From positions 1 to 50,427 of the forward strand of contig NW_021835143.1 of the NCBI RefSeq assembly GCF_006345805.1: 50,427 bases of DNA. Direction: 5' to 3'. Positions 22,770 through 34,381 of this stretch are shown piece after piece (position 1 is the stretch's first letter; the number at the start of each line of letters is the position of its first letter). The translations under genes were made by a program, and so were the position numbers. The notes beneath the pieces are model-generated. The model worked only from the letters and a program-made list of their open reading frames with translations. It was not told where the DNA came from and searched no databases. The stretch is from Octopus sinensis (Eukaryota).

Positions 22770-23166
22770 TTTTGTATACAATGTGTGTGTGTGGTGTGTG
22801 TGTGTGTGTGTGTGTGTGGTGATAGTGTGTGTGTGTGTGTGTGGTGATGGCGTGTGTGTGTGTGTGTGTGTGTGGTGATGGTGTGTGTGTGTTTGTGTGT
22901 GTGTGGTGATGGTGTGTGTGTGTGTGGTGATGGTGGTGTGTGTGTGTTTGTATGTGTGTGTGTTTGTGTGTGTGTGTGTGTTTGTGTGTGGGTGTGGGTG
23001 TGGTGATGGTGTGTGTGTGTGTGTGTGTGTGGTGATGGTGTGGTGTGTGTGTGGTGATGGTGTTTGTGTGTGTGTGTGGTGATGGTGTGTGTGTGTGTGT
23101 GTGTGCGCGCACACGTGTTTTCCCTTTCTACAACCATCTCTCTTTCTCTCTGATTTATGACCTCCT

Positions 23167-23210
<44 letters not shown>

Positions 23211-23540
23211 GCAGCCTCTTTACTTGCCTGATCCTCTGCCAGCCCATCTTCCTGCCTGCCTGTCTGCCTGCCCACCAGTCTGTCTGTCCGTCAGTCTAGC
23301 TGCTTCTCTCTCTCCATCCCCATTCACCCTTCTCCCTCTCGTTCTTTGCTATCTTTCTCCTTCTCTCTCTCTCTCTCTCCATCTCACCCTTCTGTCTCTC
23401 TCCCTTCCCTTCTCTTACCCTCTCTCTCTCTTCTTCCACTCTCTTCTTTTCCGCACAAACAGACTGACAAAACAGACTGACAAAACAGACAGACAGACAG
23501 ACAAAGCCCACCCCTACCCCACCACACACACACACACAAC
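22770..23540. repeat. (TG)n with gtggtgatg interruptions followed by CT-rich and (CA)n tracts
   Basis: Directly visible. Confidence 0.9.
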
Positions 23541-23899
23541 ACACACACACACACACGGTAGACCAAAGTTACAACTTACTGAATCTTTTCGACCCACCAC
23601 CCTCCAAAGATATTTATGTTTATCAGTAACTGCCCACCCGTTGCCCACCTCCCCATCCAATTAAATCCACCCCTCACCCCATGTAAACAGAACTTATCTC
23701 TTCTGCTTCTGGCAAACCATTGGCAGCAACAGACCATAAGTCTTCAGTTCTTCAAACAACAACAAAATCATTGCCGATTCCACAAAGAAACCAAAATTTC
23801 AGGAACAAATAATTCTTAGCAGAAATTTTCTATGCTTTTGTGTTCTTCGTTAAAGGTAGGCGTTTTAGATTTTACTTCATTTTTTTTTTTTTAACGATA

Positions 23900-24288
23900 G
23901 GCGCAGGAGTGGCTGTGTGGTAAGTAGCTTGTTTACCAACCACATGGTTCCGGGTTCAGTCCCACTGCGTGGCACCTTGGGCAAGCGTTTTCTACTATAG
24001 CCTTGTGAGTGGATTTGGTAGACGGAAACTGAAAGAAGCCTGTCGTATATATGTATATATATATGTGTGTGTGTGTGTTTGTGTGTCTGTGTTTGTCCCC
24101 CTAGCATTGCTTGACAACCGATGCTGGTGTGTTTATGTCCCCGTTACTTAGCGGTTCGGCAAAAGAGACCGATAGAATAAGTACTGGGCTTACAAAAGAA
24201 TAAGTCCTGGGTTCGAGTTGCTCGATTAAAGGCGGTGCCCCAGCATGGCCGCAGTCAAGTGACTGAAACAAGTAAAAGAGTAAAAGAG
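23900..24288 (+). mobile_element. Family A SINE
   Basis: Head to (AAAGAGT) tail; a second solo head follows at ~24455-24620. Confidence 0.9.
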
Positions 24289-24629
24289 ATAGCATCAATG
24301 TAATTAATTTGTTGAAACAGTGATGCCTGGCCTCTATCTGCATTTTTTGACTTTGACAAAATGGTAACCTTTACTGAGTTAGGAAGAATTTTTTTCTAAA
24401 GAATCAAAAGAATTTATGTGTTTCTTCTTTTATGTATGAAGACATCGGTATTATAAGCACAGGTGTGAATGCGTGGTAAGAAGCTGGCGCTGGCTTCCCA
24501 ATTACATGGTTCTGGGTTCAGTCCCATTGTGTGACACCTTAGGCAAGTTTATAGCCTCAGGCCAACCGCAGACTTGTGAATAAATTTGTTAGATGGAAAC
24601 TGCAAAAAGCCTGTCATATATATATATAT

Positions 24630-24809
24630 ATATCTTTTTTTTTTCCTCTGTCTTCCCTTCTCTGGATCTTTCCTTCTCCTATGTTTCCGACAAAGAGCTC
24701 CGCTCGAAACGTCAAACCCTCCTTCTTTCCTTCTTTCCTGAGCGTCCAATAATACTATTCACATCCTCGCGTTGTTGTGTTTTTTTTGTGCTTTCTTGTT
24801 TGGATTAAC

Positions 24810-24810
<1 letters not shown>
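24630..24810 (+). mobile_element. Penelope-like fragment between two (TA)n runs, with the best hammerhead-like motif (24683-24717)
   Basis: GTTT-ccgacaa-a-GAGC-tcc-GCTC-GAAAC-GTC-AAAC: 4-bp helix I, 4-bp helix II, ACGT palindrome, GTC triplet; two transitions from CTGACGA. Confidence 0.65.
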
Positions 24811-24845
<35 letters not shown>

Positions 24846-25029
24846 TACATACATACATATATACCTCTCTCTCTTCTCTCCCCACGTGACCAGTGTTTGA
24901 CCAGGCCTAACCTTTCTTTCTTGGTTCAACAGATTTATGTTTATAAAAAACAGATATATAATAACAGATAATAACTTTATTTATCAATATATGTGATGAG
25001 GATAAAAATAAACCTTCTTTTCTATAATG

Positions 25030-25670
25030 TTATTCAATAAATCCACTTTCAGCTTCAATGAATGCATCCATATAAGATCTAAACCATCTACATGCTCAAA
25101 TCAAGTGGTCTTGGTTTCATTTTGGACATTACTCTGACTAAGGCAACTTTCAAAGAATCTTTGGCGCTATGGTCGTGTTTATTGACCTCCCCCTCAATAG
25201 TCCAATGGATTGAGATCTGGGGAATTAGGAAGCCAAGTGTTAGGGGTTATGTGATCAAGAAAATTTTCAGCCATCCATTCCTGTGTTACTAGAGCTATGT
25301 GTGATAGTGCAGAGTCTTACTGAAACACATATGGCCTTCCTTTGCATACACTGTCTATCCAGGGCTTAACAATTGTTTCCAGGACCTCAATGTAGGTGGT
25401 AGAGTTAACTCTAAGACCTTGGGGAAAGAAGTAAGGAGGCATTACCTGTCCTTCATTGCTGACAAGCCCTAATACCATGACAGTAGCAGGAAATTTTGTA
25501 TGCATAACACTTGGAACTTAAGAAGGGTCTGCACAGAACCATCTGTCATTTCTTCTGTTAACGTTTTGATCTTGGTCAAAGTTTTTCTCGTTTGAAAAAA
25601 ACTAAATCAAATCTTCTTCTGCTGAATTTTTCAGTTTGTTTAAGAGCCTTTTAGATCTGATGTAGTTATA
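25030..25670 (-). pseudogene. Tc1/mariner DD37D (maT-type) transposase catalytic-domain remnant
   Basis: FFSNEKNF...MHTKFPATVMVLG...YVFQ*DSA...WLPNSPDLNPLDY; 37 residues between the D of DSA and the final D of DLNPLD; stops and a deletion present. Confidence 0.9.
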
Positions 25671-25830
25671 CTCAAGATTGCTCCAATCTGGTCAATCCCA
25701 AGGAAAAACTAAGCTAAGAGCATTAGATTCCTTGGAAGAAAGCAGCAAATGTATACAAAAACAAGGATGGAAAAAAAAAACGGAGAATGTTACACAAATA
25801 TAAATAACAGGACATAACAACAGTGTCTTT
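25665..25830 (-). mobile_element. Fragment of an unclassified T-rich repeat (inverted relative to 38790-39062) truncating the transposase
   Basis: gttatactcaagattgctccaatctgg...aactaagctaaga is the reverse complement of ~38860-38913. Confidence 0.7.
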
Positions 25831-26104
25831 CGACTAAGGACGAATTAAATTAAGCTATCGTGTGTGGAAATAAAGCCTTATAGCAGGGATACTAGATTTC
25901 ACAGGCACAGGGAGGAATATCGATGTTGCACGGACGACGGCCGAACCAAGAAAGAAAGATCAGGCTTGGCCGAACACTGGTCATGTGGGGAGAGAAGAGA
26001 CAGAGGTAGAGGCAGAGGGACAGAAGAATTAAGGAGGGGCGAGAAAAAATGACAGGGACACAGTGAAGTGAAAAGAGGAGGGGAAATGAGCAAGAGTGGC
26101 TGCA

Positions 26105-26260
26105 CACGAGTGGCTGTGTGGAAGTAGCTTGCTTACCAGACACATGGTTCCAGGTTCAGTCCCACTGCATGGCACCTTAGGCAAGTGTCTTCTACTATAG
26201 CCTCGGGCCGACCAAAGCCTTATAAGTGGATTTGGTAGACAGAAACTGAAAGAAACCTGC
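26105..26260 (+). mobile_element. Solo left monomer of family A SINE
   Basis: Head to gaaactgaaagaaacc with no right half. Confidence 0.85.
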
Positions 26261-26855
26261 TGTGGAGGAACTCTTGAGAGTGAACGGCCATCAAATAAAA
26301 GTGTAATTTTTTTTTTTTCTTATGGCTTAAGGCTGTATCGTGCGCGGGGACATAGAAATAATCAGACTAAATACCCGATCGCGCGGTTAAACCATTGGGA
26401 GTGAAGGACTCCTGGCCTTTGTTAGGGCATCCTTCTAGGAGAAGGTAACTCAGGTAACCGGGATAACTCCGACATAAAACCTGCGGCTCAGTGGTTACCG
26501 ATGATGTTGACTTGCTCTTCTTTTCGGATTATGGCTGCTGTTGCTTAGTGAGTGAGATTGACTCAGTGCACAGCCTTTCCTCACTTTAAAAAATATCTTC
26601 TTGCACAGGCATTGCACGTTAACAACATTGTTCATGATTGTTGATGGTGCTGTGAGTCTCAACTGAATGGTTGGCTGTAGCTTTAAAATGCAAATAAAAG
26701 TCACATTCGATCACAGCACCAATAACAGTTGAGCTTCGTGCAATGGCCATACTCGATAACGAGGGGGCAGCCATCATATATATATATATATGTATATATA
26801 TGTATGTATATGTAGAGATTGTTTGAAGTGGTGTACAGATTTTATATATTAAATA

Positions 26856-26979
26856 AAAAGAAGTAATTAGAATTTGGATAATTATTTATTTAATGCTTTC
26901 ATCTTGGTTTCTTTGATTCTCCTAAACAAGATGAAAGTTCTTAAATAAGTAATTATCCAAAATTCTGACTACCTCTTTT
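26856..26979. repeat. Imperfect AT-rich palindrome, ~55-bp arms, ~17-bp spacer
   Basis: gaatttggataattatttattta...ctttcatcttg pairs with caagatgaaag...taaataagtaattatccaaaattc. Confidence 0.85.
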
Positions 26980-27357
26980 TCTTACCACACACATGCTCAC
27001 ACACACACACACACACATGTATGTAAATAAACAGATAGATCTAGCAACTGAAATTTCTCACACAACTTTTAATAACTCTGTTGCACTTTGACAAGCCACT
27101 GGCTCTTAAAATTTGTTAGTTGAGAATGTATTCATTTCAAACATCATAAACATCAGAGGAGGTGGGCTTAGGCAATTTTATCAACTCCAGTTAATTAACT
27201 GGAGCTGTATTTTATTGGCTTTGAGAAGGAGGAGGAGGAGGAAAAGAAGAAAAGGAAAAAGAAGAACAACGTGGAAAAGAAGATGATCTTGGCGATCTTG
27301 GTAGGATTTGAACTCAGAGCATAAAAAGTCATAACGAAATGGCATGAGTTATTTTGT

Positions 27358-27920
27358 CGAGTGGCCGTGTGGTAAGTAGCTTGCTAACCAACTACATGGT
27401 TCCGGGTTCAGTCCAAAGCCATGTGAGTGGATTTGGTAGATGGAAACTGAAAGAAGCCTGTCGTATATATATATATATATATATATATAGGCGTAGGAGT
27501 TGCTGTGTGGTAAGTAGCTTGCTTACCAACGACATGGTTCCGGGTTCAGTCCCACTGCGTGGCACCTTGGGCAAGTGTCTTCTACTATAGCCTCGGGCCG
27601 ACCAAAGCCTTGTGAGTGGATTTGGTAGATGGAAATATGTATATATATGTATGTATGTATTTATGTATGTATGTGTGTGTGTATATGTTTGTGTGTCTGT
27701 GTTTGTCTCCCTCCCCCACCAACATCGCTTGACAACCGATGCTGGTGTGTTTACGTCCCTGTAACATAGTGGTTCGGCAAAAAGAGACCGATAGAATAAG
27801 TACTAGGCTTACAAAAGAATAAGTCCTGGGGGGGGGGGTCCGATTTGCTCGACTAAAAGGCGGTGCTCCAGCATGGCCGCAGTCAAATGACTGAAACAAG
27901 TAAAAGAGTAAAAGGGTAAA
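27358..27920 (+). mobile_element. Deleted family A head (27358-27465) in tandem with a full family A SINE (27490-27920)
   Basis: Two heads separated by (TA)n. Confidence 0.88.
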
Positions 27921-28149
27921 AGGGAGAGGGAGTACCCGTTTTATCAAACCATTTGCCACCCTCTTAGAGTAAGAAGACGCCTTACTTAATATAAATCGCA
28001 TCTCGGACCTGGTTTTTTTTTTTGTTTTTCTTTGTTTTTTCCCTCATTTTCCATTACTTATTATTGTTAGGAAAAATAACAAAAGGCAACAAGAAAACAA
28101 AAACAAAAAACAAAACAAACTTATCGATTCTTTAGAAAATCAGAAATGT

Positions 28150-28224
28150 CCTGAGAGAGAGAGAGAGAGAGAGAGAGTGATTGAGAGAGAGATAGAGAGA
28201 TTGAGAGAGAGAGATAGAGAGATT

Positions 28225-28256
<32 letters not shown>

Positions 28257-28263
28257 TAGAGAG

Positions 28264-28300
<37 letters not shown>

Positions 28301-28936
28301 GATTGAGAGAGATAGAGAGAGAGATTGAGAGAGAGATAGAGAGATTGAGAGAGAGAGATAGAGAGATTGAGAGAGAGAGATAGAGAGATTGAGAGAGAGA
28401 TAGAGAGAGAGAGAGAGAGATAGAGAGAGAGATTGAGAGAGATAGAGAGAGATTGAGATAGAGAGATAGAGAGATTGAGGAGAGAGATAGAGAGATTGAG
28501 AGAGATAGAGAGATTGAGAGAGAGATAGAGAGATTGAGAGATTGAGAGAGAGATATAGATTGAGAGAGAGAGATGAGAGAGATTGAGAGAGAGAGATAGA
28601 GAGATTGAGAGAGAGATATAGATTGAGAGAGAGAGATAGAGAGATTGAGAGAGAGAGATAGAGAGATTGAGAGAGAGATAGAGAGATTTGAGAGAGAGAG
28701 ATAGAGAGATTGAGAGAGAGATAGAGAGATTGAGAGAGATAGAGAGATTGAAGAGAGATAGAGAGATTGAGAGAGAGAGATAGAGAGATTGAGAGAGAGA
28801 GATAGAGAGATTGAGAGAGAGTAGAGAGATTTGAGAGAGAGATAGAGAGAGAGGAGAGAGAGAGAGAGATTGAGAGATTGAGAGATAGAGAGATTGAGAG
28901 AGAGATAGAGAGATTGAGAGAGAGAGATAAGAGATT

Positions 28937-28971
<35 letters not shown>

Positions 28972-29059
28972 TGATTGAGAGAGAGAGATAGAGAGATTGA
29001 GAGAGAGAGATAGAGAGATTGAGAGAGAGATAGAGAGATTGAGAGAGAGAGATAGAGAG

Positions 29060-29098
<39 letters not shown>

Positions 29099-29099
29099 G

Positions 29100-29140
<41 letters not shown>

Positions 29141-29691
29141 GATTGAGAGAGAGAGATAGAGATAGAGAGATTGAGAGAGAGAGATAGAGAGATGAGAGAG
29201 AGATAGAGAGATTGAGGAGAGAGAGATAGAGAGATTGAGAGAGAGATAGAGAGATTGAGAGAGATAGAGAGATTGAGAGAGAGATAGAGAGATTGAGAGA
29301 GAGAGATAGAGAGATTGAGAGAGAGAGATAGAGAGATTGAGAGAGAGAGAGAGAGATTGAGAGAGAGATAGAGAGAGAGAGAGAGAGATAGAGAGATTGA
29401 GAGATTGAGAGATAGAGAGATTGAGAGAGAGAGATAGAGAGATTGAGAGAGAGAGATAGAGAAATTGAGAGAGAGATAGAGAGATTGAGAGAGAGAGATA
29501 GAGAGATTGAGAGAGAGATAGAGAGATTGGAGAGGATAGAGAGATGAGAGAGAGATAGAGAGATTGAGAGAGAGAGATAGAGAGATTGAGAGAGAGAGAT
29601 AGAGAGATTGAGAGAGAGATAGAGAGATTGAGAGAGAGATAGAGAGATTGAGAGAGAGAGATAGAGAGATTGAGAGAGAGATAGAGAGATT

Positions 29692-29723
<32 letters not shown>

Positions 29724-29796
29724 TAGAGAGATTGAGAGAGAGATAGAGAGATTGAGAGAGAGAGATAGAGAGATTGAGAGAGAGATAGAGAGATTG

Positions 29797-29829
<33 letters not shown>

Positions 29830-30190
29830 TAGAGAGATTGAGAGAGAGATAGAGAGATTGAGAGAGAGATAGAGAGATTGAGAGAGAGATAGAGAGATTG
29901 AGAGAGAGATAGAGAGAGATTGAGAGAGATAGAGAGATTGAGAGAGAAATAAATTAGAGATTGAAGAGAGAGATTGAGAGAGAGATAGAGAGATTGAGAG
30001 AGAGATAGAGAGATTGAGAGAGAGATAGAGAGATTGAGAGAGAGATAGAGAGATTGAGAGAGAGATAGAGAGATTGAGAGAGATAGAGAGATTGAGAGAG
30101 AGATAGAGAGATTGAGAGATTGAGAGAGAGATATAGATTGAGAGAGAGAGATAGAGAGAGATTGAGAGAGAGATAGAGAGAGAGAGAATG
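28150..30190. repeat. ~2-kb (GA)n-derived minisatellite (gagagagatagagagatt-type units)
   Basis: Directly visible; source of the 743-aa SL ORF. Confidence 0.97.
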
Positions 30191-30494
30191 CGTGAGAGGG
30201 AGAACTGTGAGACTTGCTAACAGCTCCTCCCCCTCTTCCTCTTCCTCTCCCCCTCTCTATTATTATATGTGATACTCCGACAACTGGGTTTTCAGGTAAA
30301 ACACAAGTTTTTTTCTTTTTTGCATCCATCCAACTGCGAATGCGATCACAACCTGTGTTGGTGGCGGACACTAAACAACCGGATCTCTAATCAGAGGTGG
30401 TGGGCATATATATATATACATATATATATATGTGTAGAGCTGTTGTTGAGGGTGTTTTCATTTTTGCTGAGAAAACACAAAAAACTTACTGCAG

Positions 30495-30690
30495 ATTTTC
30501 ACACACACACACACATAGATTCTAACACACACACACACACACACATACAAACACAGATTCTAACACACACACACACACACACACAACATAGATTCTAACA
30601 CACACACACAAACATAGATTCTAACACACACACACACACACAAACATAGATTCTAACACACACACACACAAACATAGATTCTAACACACA
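30495..30690. repeat. (CA)n-catagattctaa tandem repeat, ~7 copies
   Basis: Directly visible. Confidence 0.9.
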
Positions 30691-31123
30691 CACACACATA
30701 TATATATTTGCGCACATACACACAAATGCAAAAACTCGTGCATACACACAATTTTGCGTAAACATAACATACATATATATACAAGAAATCTTAACATATA
30801 TATATATAAACTTAAATACAACCATACACACTCCCACACATAAACATCATACATACATACATACACACGCATATATACATACACACGCACATACATATGT
30901 CTAAATATACTGACATCATATAAGAGCAGACACACAAATATGTTGGATAATGTGATCATGGTTTCCTTGCACATAATAGAAAGACGGAATGGCCATGGTT
31001 GGAATGCCCTTGATCGTAGATCTGCTCGATCAGGTCTGGCCCGGGGTTAAACAACAAGAAGAACTTCTGTTACGATGGCTGAACTAACATATAAGTATCG
31101 TAAATCATTCAAAGCTGTTAAGA

Positions 31124-31645
31124 AAAAAGTATACACAGATGTGTATATATAAAGTATATATATATATAAAAGTATACACAGATGTGTGTATATAAAGTAT
31201 ATATATATATAAAAGTATACACAGATGTGTATATATAAAGTATATATATATATAAAAGTATACACAGATGTGTGTATATAAAGTATATATATATAAAAGT
31301 ATACACAGATGTGTATATATAAAGTATATATATATATAAAAGTATACACAGATGTGTATATATAAAGTATATATATATATAAAAGTATACACAGATGTGT
31401 GTATATAAAGTATATATATATAAAAGTATACACAGATATGTATATATAAAGTATATATATATAAAAGTATACACAGATGTGTATATATAAAGTATATATA
31501 TATAAAAGTATACACAGATGTGTATATATAAAGTATATATATATATATATAAAGTATATTATATTAAATTAGAGACAATTTATTCCCTAATTTTTATTAT
31601 ATATAAAGTATATATATATATATAAAAGTATACACAGATGTGTAT
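31124..31645. repeat. ~40-bp AT-rich minisatellite (aaaagtatacacagatgtgtatatataaagt(at)n), ~12 copies
   Basis: Directly visible. Confidence 0.93.
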
Positions 31646-32846
31646 CGATAGAGAGAGACATCAACATGTATGTATACACACACACATATATACACAAACA
31701 TTGGAGGATGTTGTAGATCGAACTCTGACTGTTTCTGATTTGCACTTTTAATTACAAAAGAAAAAAAACAAACCCACACAATACGAAAAAAAACACAAAC
31801 AAAGCAACAACAACAAAACTTCAGAACAATTCTTTAAAGGTCCCCTCCGTTTTTAATTGTTTCCCAAGGTGCGTGTTTGTGTGTGAGTGTGTGAGTGAGT
31901 CTGAGTGTGTGTGTGTGCATATATATGTTTATTTATTCGTTGTTTATCGAGAACAGAGGACTGGAACAGCTGTTACCACTTTTGGCTGCCAAAGCGGATA
32001 CATTGACACACAAGAGCAGTCAACCGGATCACTTTCGACTCTCATTTCACCCAAATAAACCGCTGGATAGGAAGGAGACGACGGGCTTTTAAATTCGGTG
32101 CGCCCCGCACAGAGCCGAGCCGAAACCGGACACCACAAGAAATCTTTGTCGAATGCTCTTAATATTCCCTCTAATTCACTGCTTTTGGATTATTTCCTAA
32201 TTTTTCCCCCATCCCCCTTAACATCAGACGACCCTGAAAACAAAAAAACGAAAAGGCAAAAATATTTTCCTCCGTGTGGATTTGAACTCAGAATGCTGAC
32301 AGCCAAAGTAAATATCGCGGGGTATTCTATCTGCCGATTTAACACCACAGAACTTACTAATTGTTCGTTAATTAATAAGTCACAATTCAATGTTAATTTT
32401 AATCTACAAAGGAAATTTCATCTTCACATCTCCATTCCAACTTTGTGCCAAATCGCATTGTGAGGCCGTGTAAATACAGCCACACACACACATATATATA
32501 CATATATATACACACACACATATATATACATATATATATACATAAATATTTATATATACATATATATACACACACATATATATATACACACACACACATA
32601 TATATACATATATATATATACATAAATATATATATACATATATATATACACACATATATACACACACACACACATATATACATATATATATACATAAATA
32701 TATATATATACATATATACACACATATATATATATACACACACACATATATATACATATATATATACATAAATATATATATACATATATATATACACACA
32801 TATATACACACACACACACACACACAAACACACATATATATACATA

Positions 32847-33217
32847 CTAGCAGTATCGCCCGGCGTTGCTCGGGTTTGTAAGGGAAATAACTATAAAGCA
32901 TTTTTAGATAGTTATAGCCAAAAAATTGGGGAAAAAATGATGGTAAATTTTTTTTTTAGTTAAAAAGGTCGATGTGCGTCCCCTAGACAGTCTGTGGTTT
33001 GTGTTTCTGATTCTCGACCCCATGTCGAATTTATCGATTTTTTTCAGAACTGGGGGAACTTTTCAAAATTTTCGCTGCGTTAGTTTTGAATTATGACATT
33101 GGGCTATGTGTGTGTCAAGTTTCATCAGAATCGGTTGAAAGCCGTGGTCAGGGTGAGGGTACAAGCAAACAGACACACAGAAACACACAGACAAACTGCC
33201 GTTTATATATATAGAGA
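32847..33217 (-). mobile_element. Non-autonomous Helitron, second copy
   Basis: Same CTAG end and hairpin as 6719 for ~90 bp; different internal sequence; TC start in TA context. Confidence 0.8.
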
Positions 33218-33230
33218 TATATATACATAA

Positions 33231-33280
<50 letters not shown>

Positions 33281-33383
33281 GAGGAAATATTAGTTAGGGA
33301 AGTTCTTGTTATGCCCAAACATTTGGGAGAAAAATTAATTCTGTGAAAGTTTGGCAGAGTTTTTTTTAATTAATCCACTGAAG

Positions 33384-33586
33384 CACCAATGAACACAAAG
33401 GCTAAGGGTTCTCGGCCCGGCAACACTGCATTACACAACCCTAAAAAAGGTCCACAGAAACTGAACGAGGCCTTTCAACCCGATGAGCAGGATAATGTTG
33501 AGAATAATGTCGCAGGTCTTGATAAGGATGGGATCGAGATACAAGCAGACTTTTCTTCTCGCGGTTTATCTAAAAGACTCAAAACC
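33384..33586 (+). CDS. Candidate exon: PMNTKAKGSRPGNTALHNPKKGPQKLNEAFQPDEQDNVENNVAGLDKDGIEIQADFSSRGLSKRLKT
   Basis: Unique, mixed-composition DNA; only one open frame; perfect donor ACC|GTAAGT at 33587 exactly at a codon boundary; acceptor ccactgaAG at 33383 or ATG at 33389. Confidence 0.45.
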
Positions 33587-33856
33587 GTAAGTTTAAACTT
33601 TGCGCGGTTCTTTGATCAAATGTTTTGCGTGTTGGTTCATTTTGGCGGGGTTAACGCGGTTTCGCACCTTCCTTGGAAAATGTATTTTTCTACAAAAAAA
33701 AAATTTTTCGGATTCTTGTGTTTTAAATGTCGGGGATTACGAATATGCCAAAAAAAAAAAGAATATTAAATAGTACCAATAATAATAATAATTAATTCTT
33801 TTATCATATTATATTATATTATTACTTTTATCACCAATGATAATAATAATAATAAT

Positions 33857-34381
33857 GGAAGTGTTATCATGTACATTGTTTTGTCTTGGTATAAAAGATG
33901 GGCTACAGCAAATATTCTGCTCAATACCACAGATTTGCTTGTCAGTTGTTTGACCTTAACCAGTTGAGCATGTCCCTTAGTGGCTGACAATATGTGCATC
34001 TCTGATCACGAGCAGAAGTAGTGGGGGAGCATCACAGCCGTGTGTTGAGAGGGATTCTTTGGGGTTTGAATAATTCACCTCTGGAAACATAAGTGGTTCT
34101 TTCAACATCCTTAAACAACCCTTATTCAGGGACCTTTTGAGCGGGATGGGTTACTCAACCTGAAGAAAATTCTAACTGGGCCCCACCTGCAAGGTCATGT
34201 GCTGTTTATCTTGATATAAGATCGCCATGTCGTGCACATATGGTTGTGATGCATGTGCCTGGTGTACCCTTATCAGGCGGGTAGTCATGATGGGTATATT
34301 GGGCTTCGTATATTGTACCCCAGTGTCACTTTGATGACATGCACTGTTCTCTCACTCAATAATAATAATAATAATAATAAT
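33857..34381 (+). mobile_element. 5'-truncated retroelement 3' end (family E) inserted in (AAT)n
   Basis: Highly similar to 47108-47607; (AAT)n on both sides. Confidence 0.8.

Noticed and set aside
23690-23815. Plus-strand exon (E)LISSASGKPLAATDHK...RNK*
   Set aside because: Two frames are equally open, the acceptor is mediocre and there is no supporting partner
28140-30371. 743-aa ORF (SL repeats)
   Set aside because: Translation of a stop-free (CT)n-derived strand; no protein features
33419-33436. GNTALH as an ankyrin repeat
   Set aside because: Following residues (NPKKGPQK) lack the helix-turn-helix ankyrin pattern
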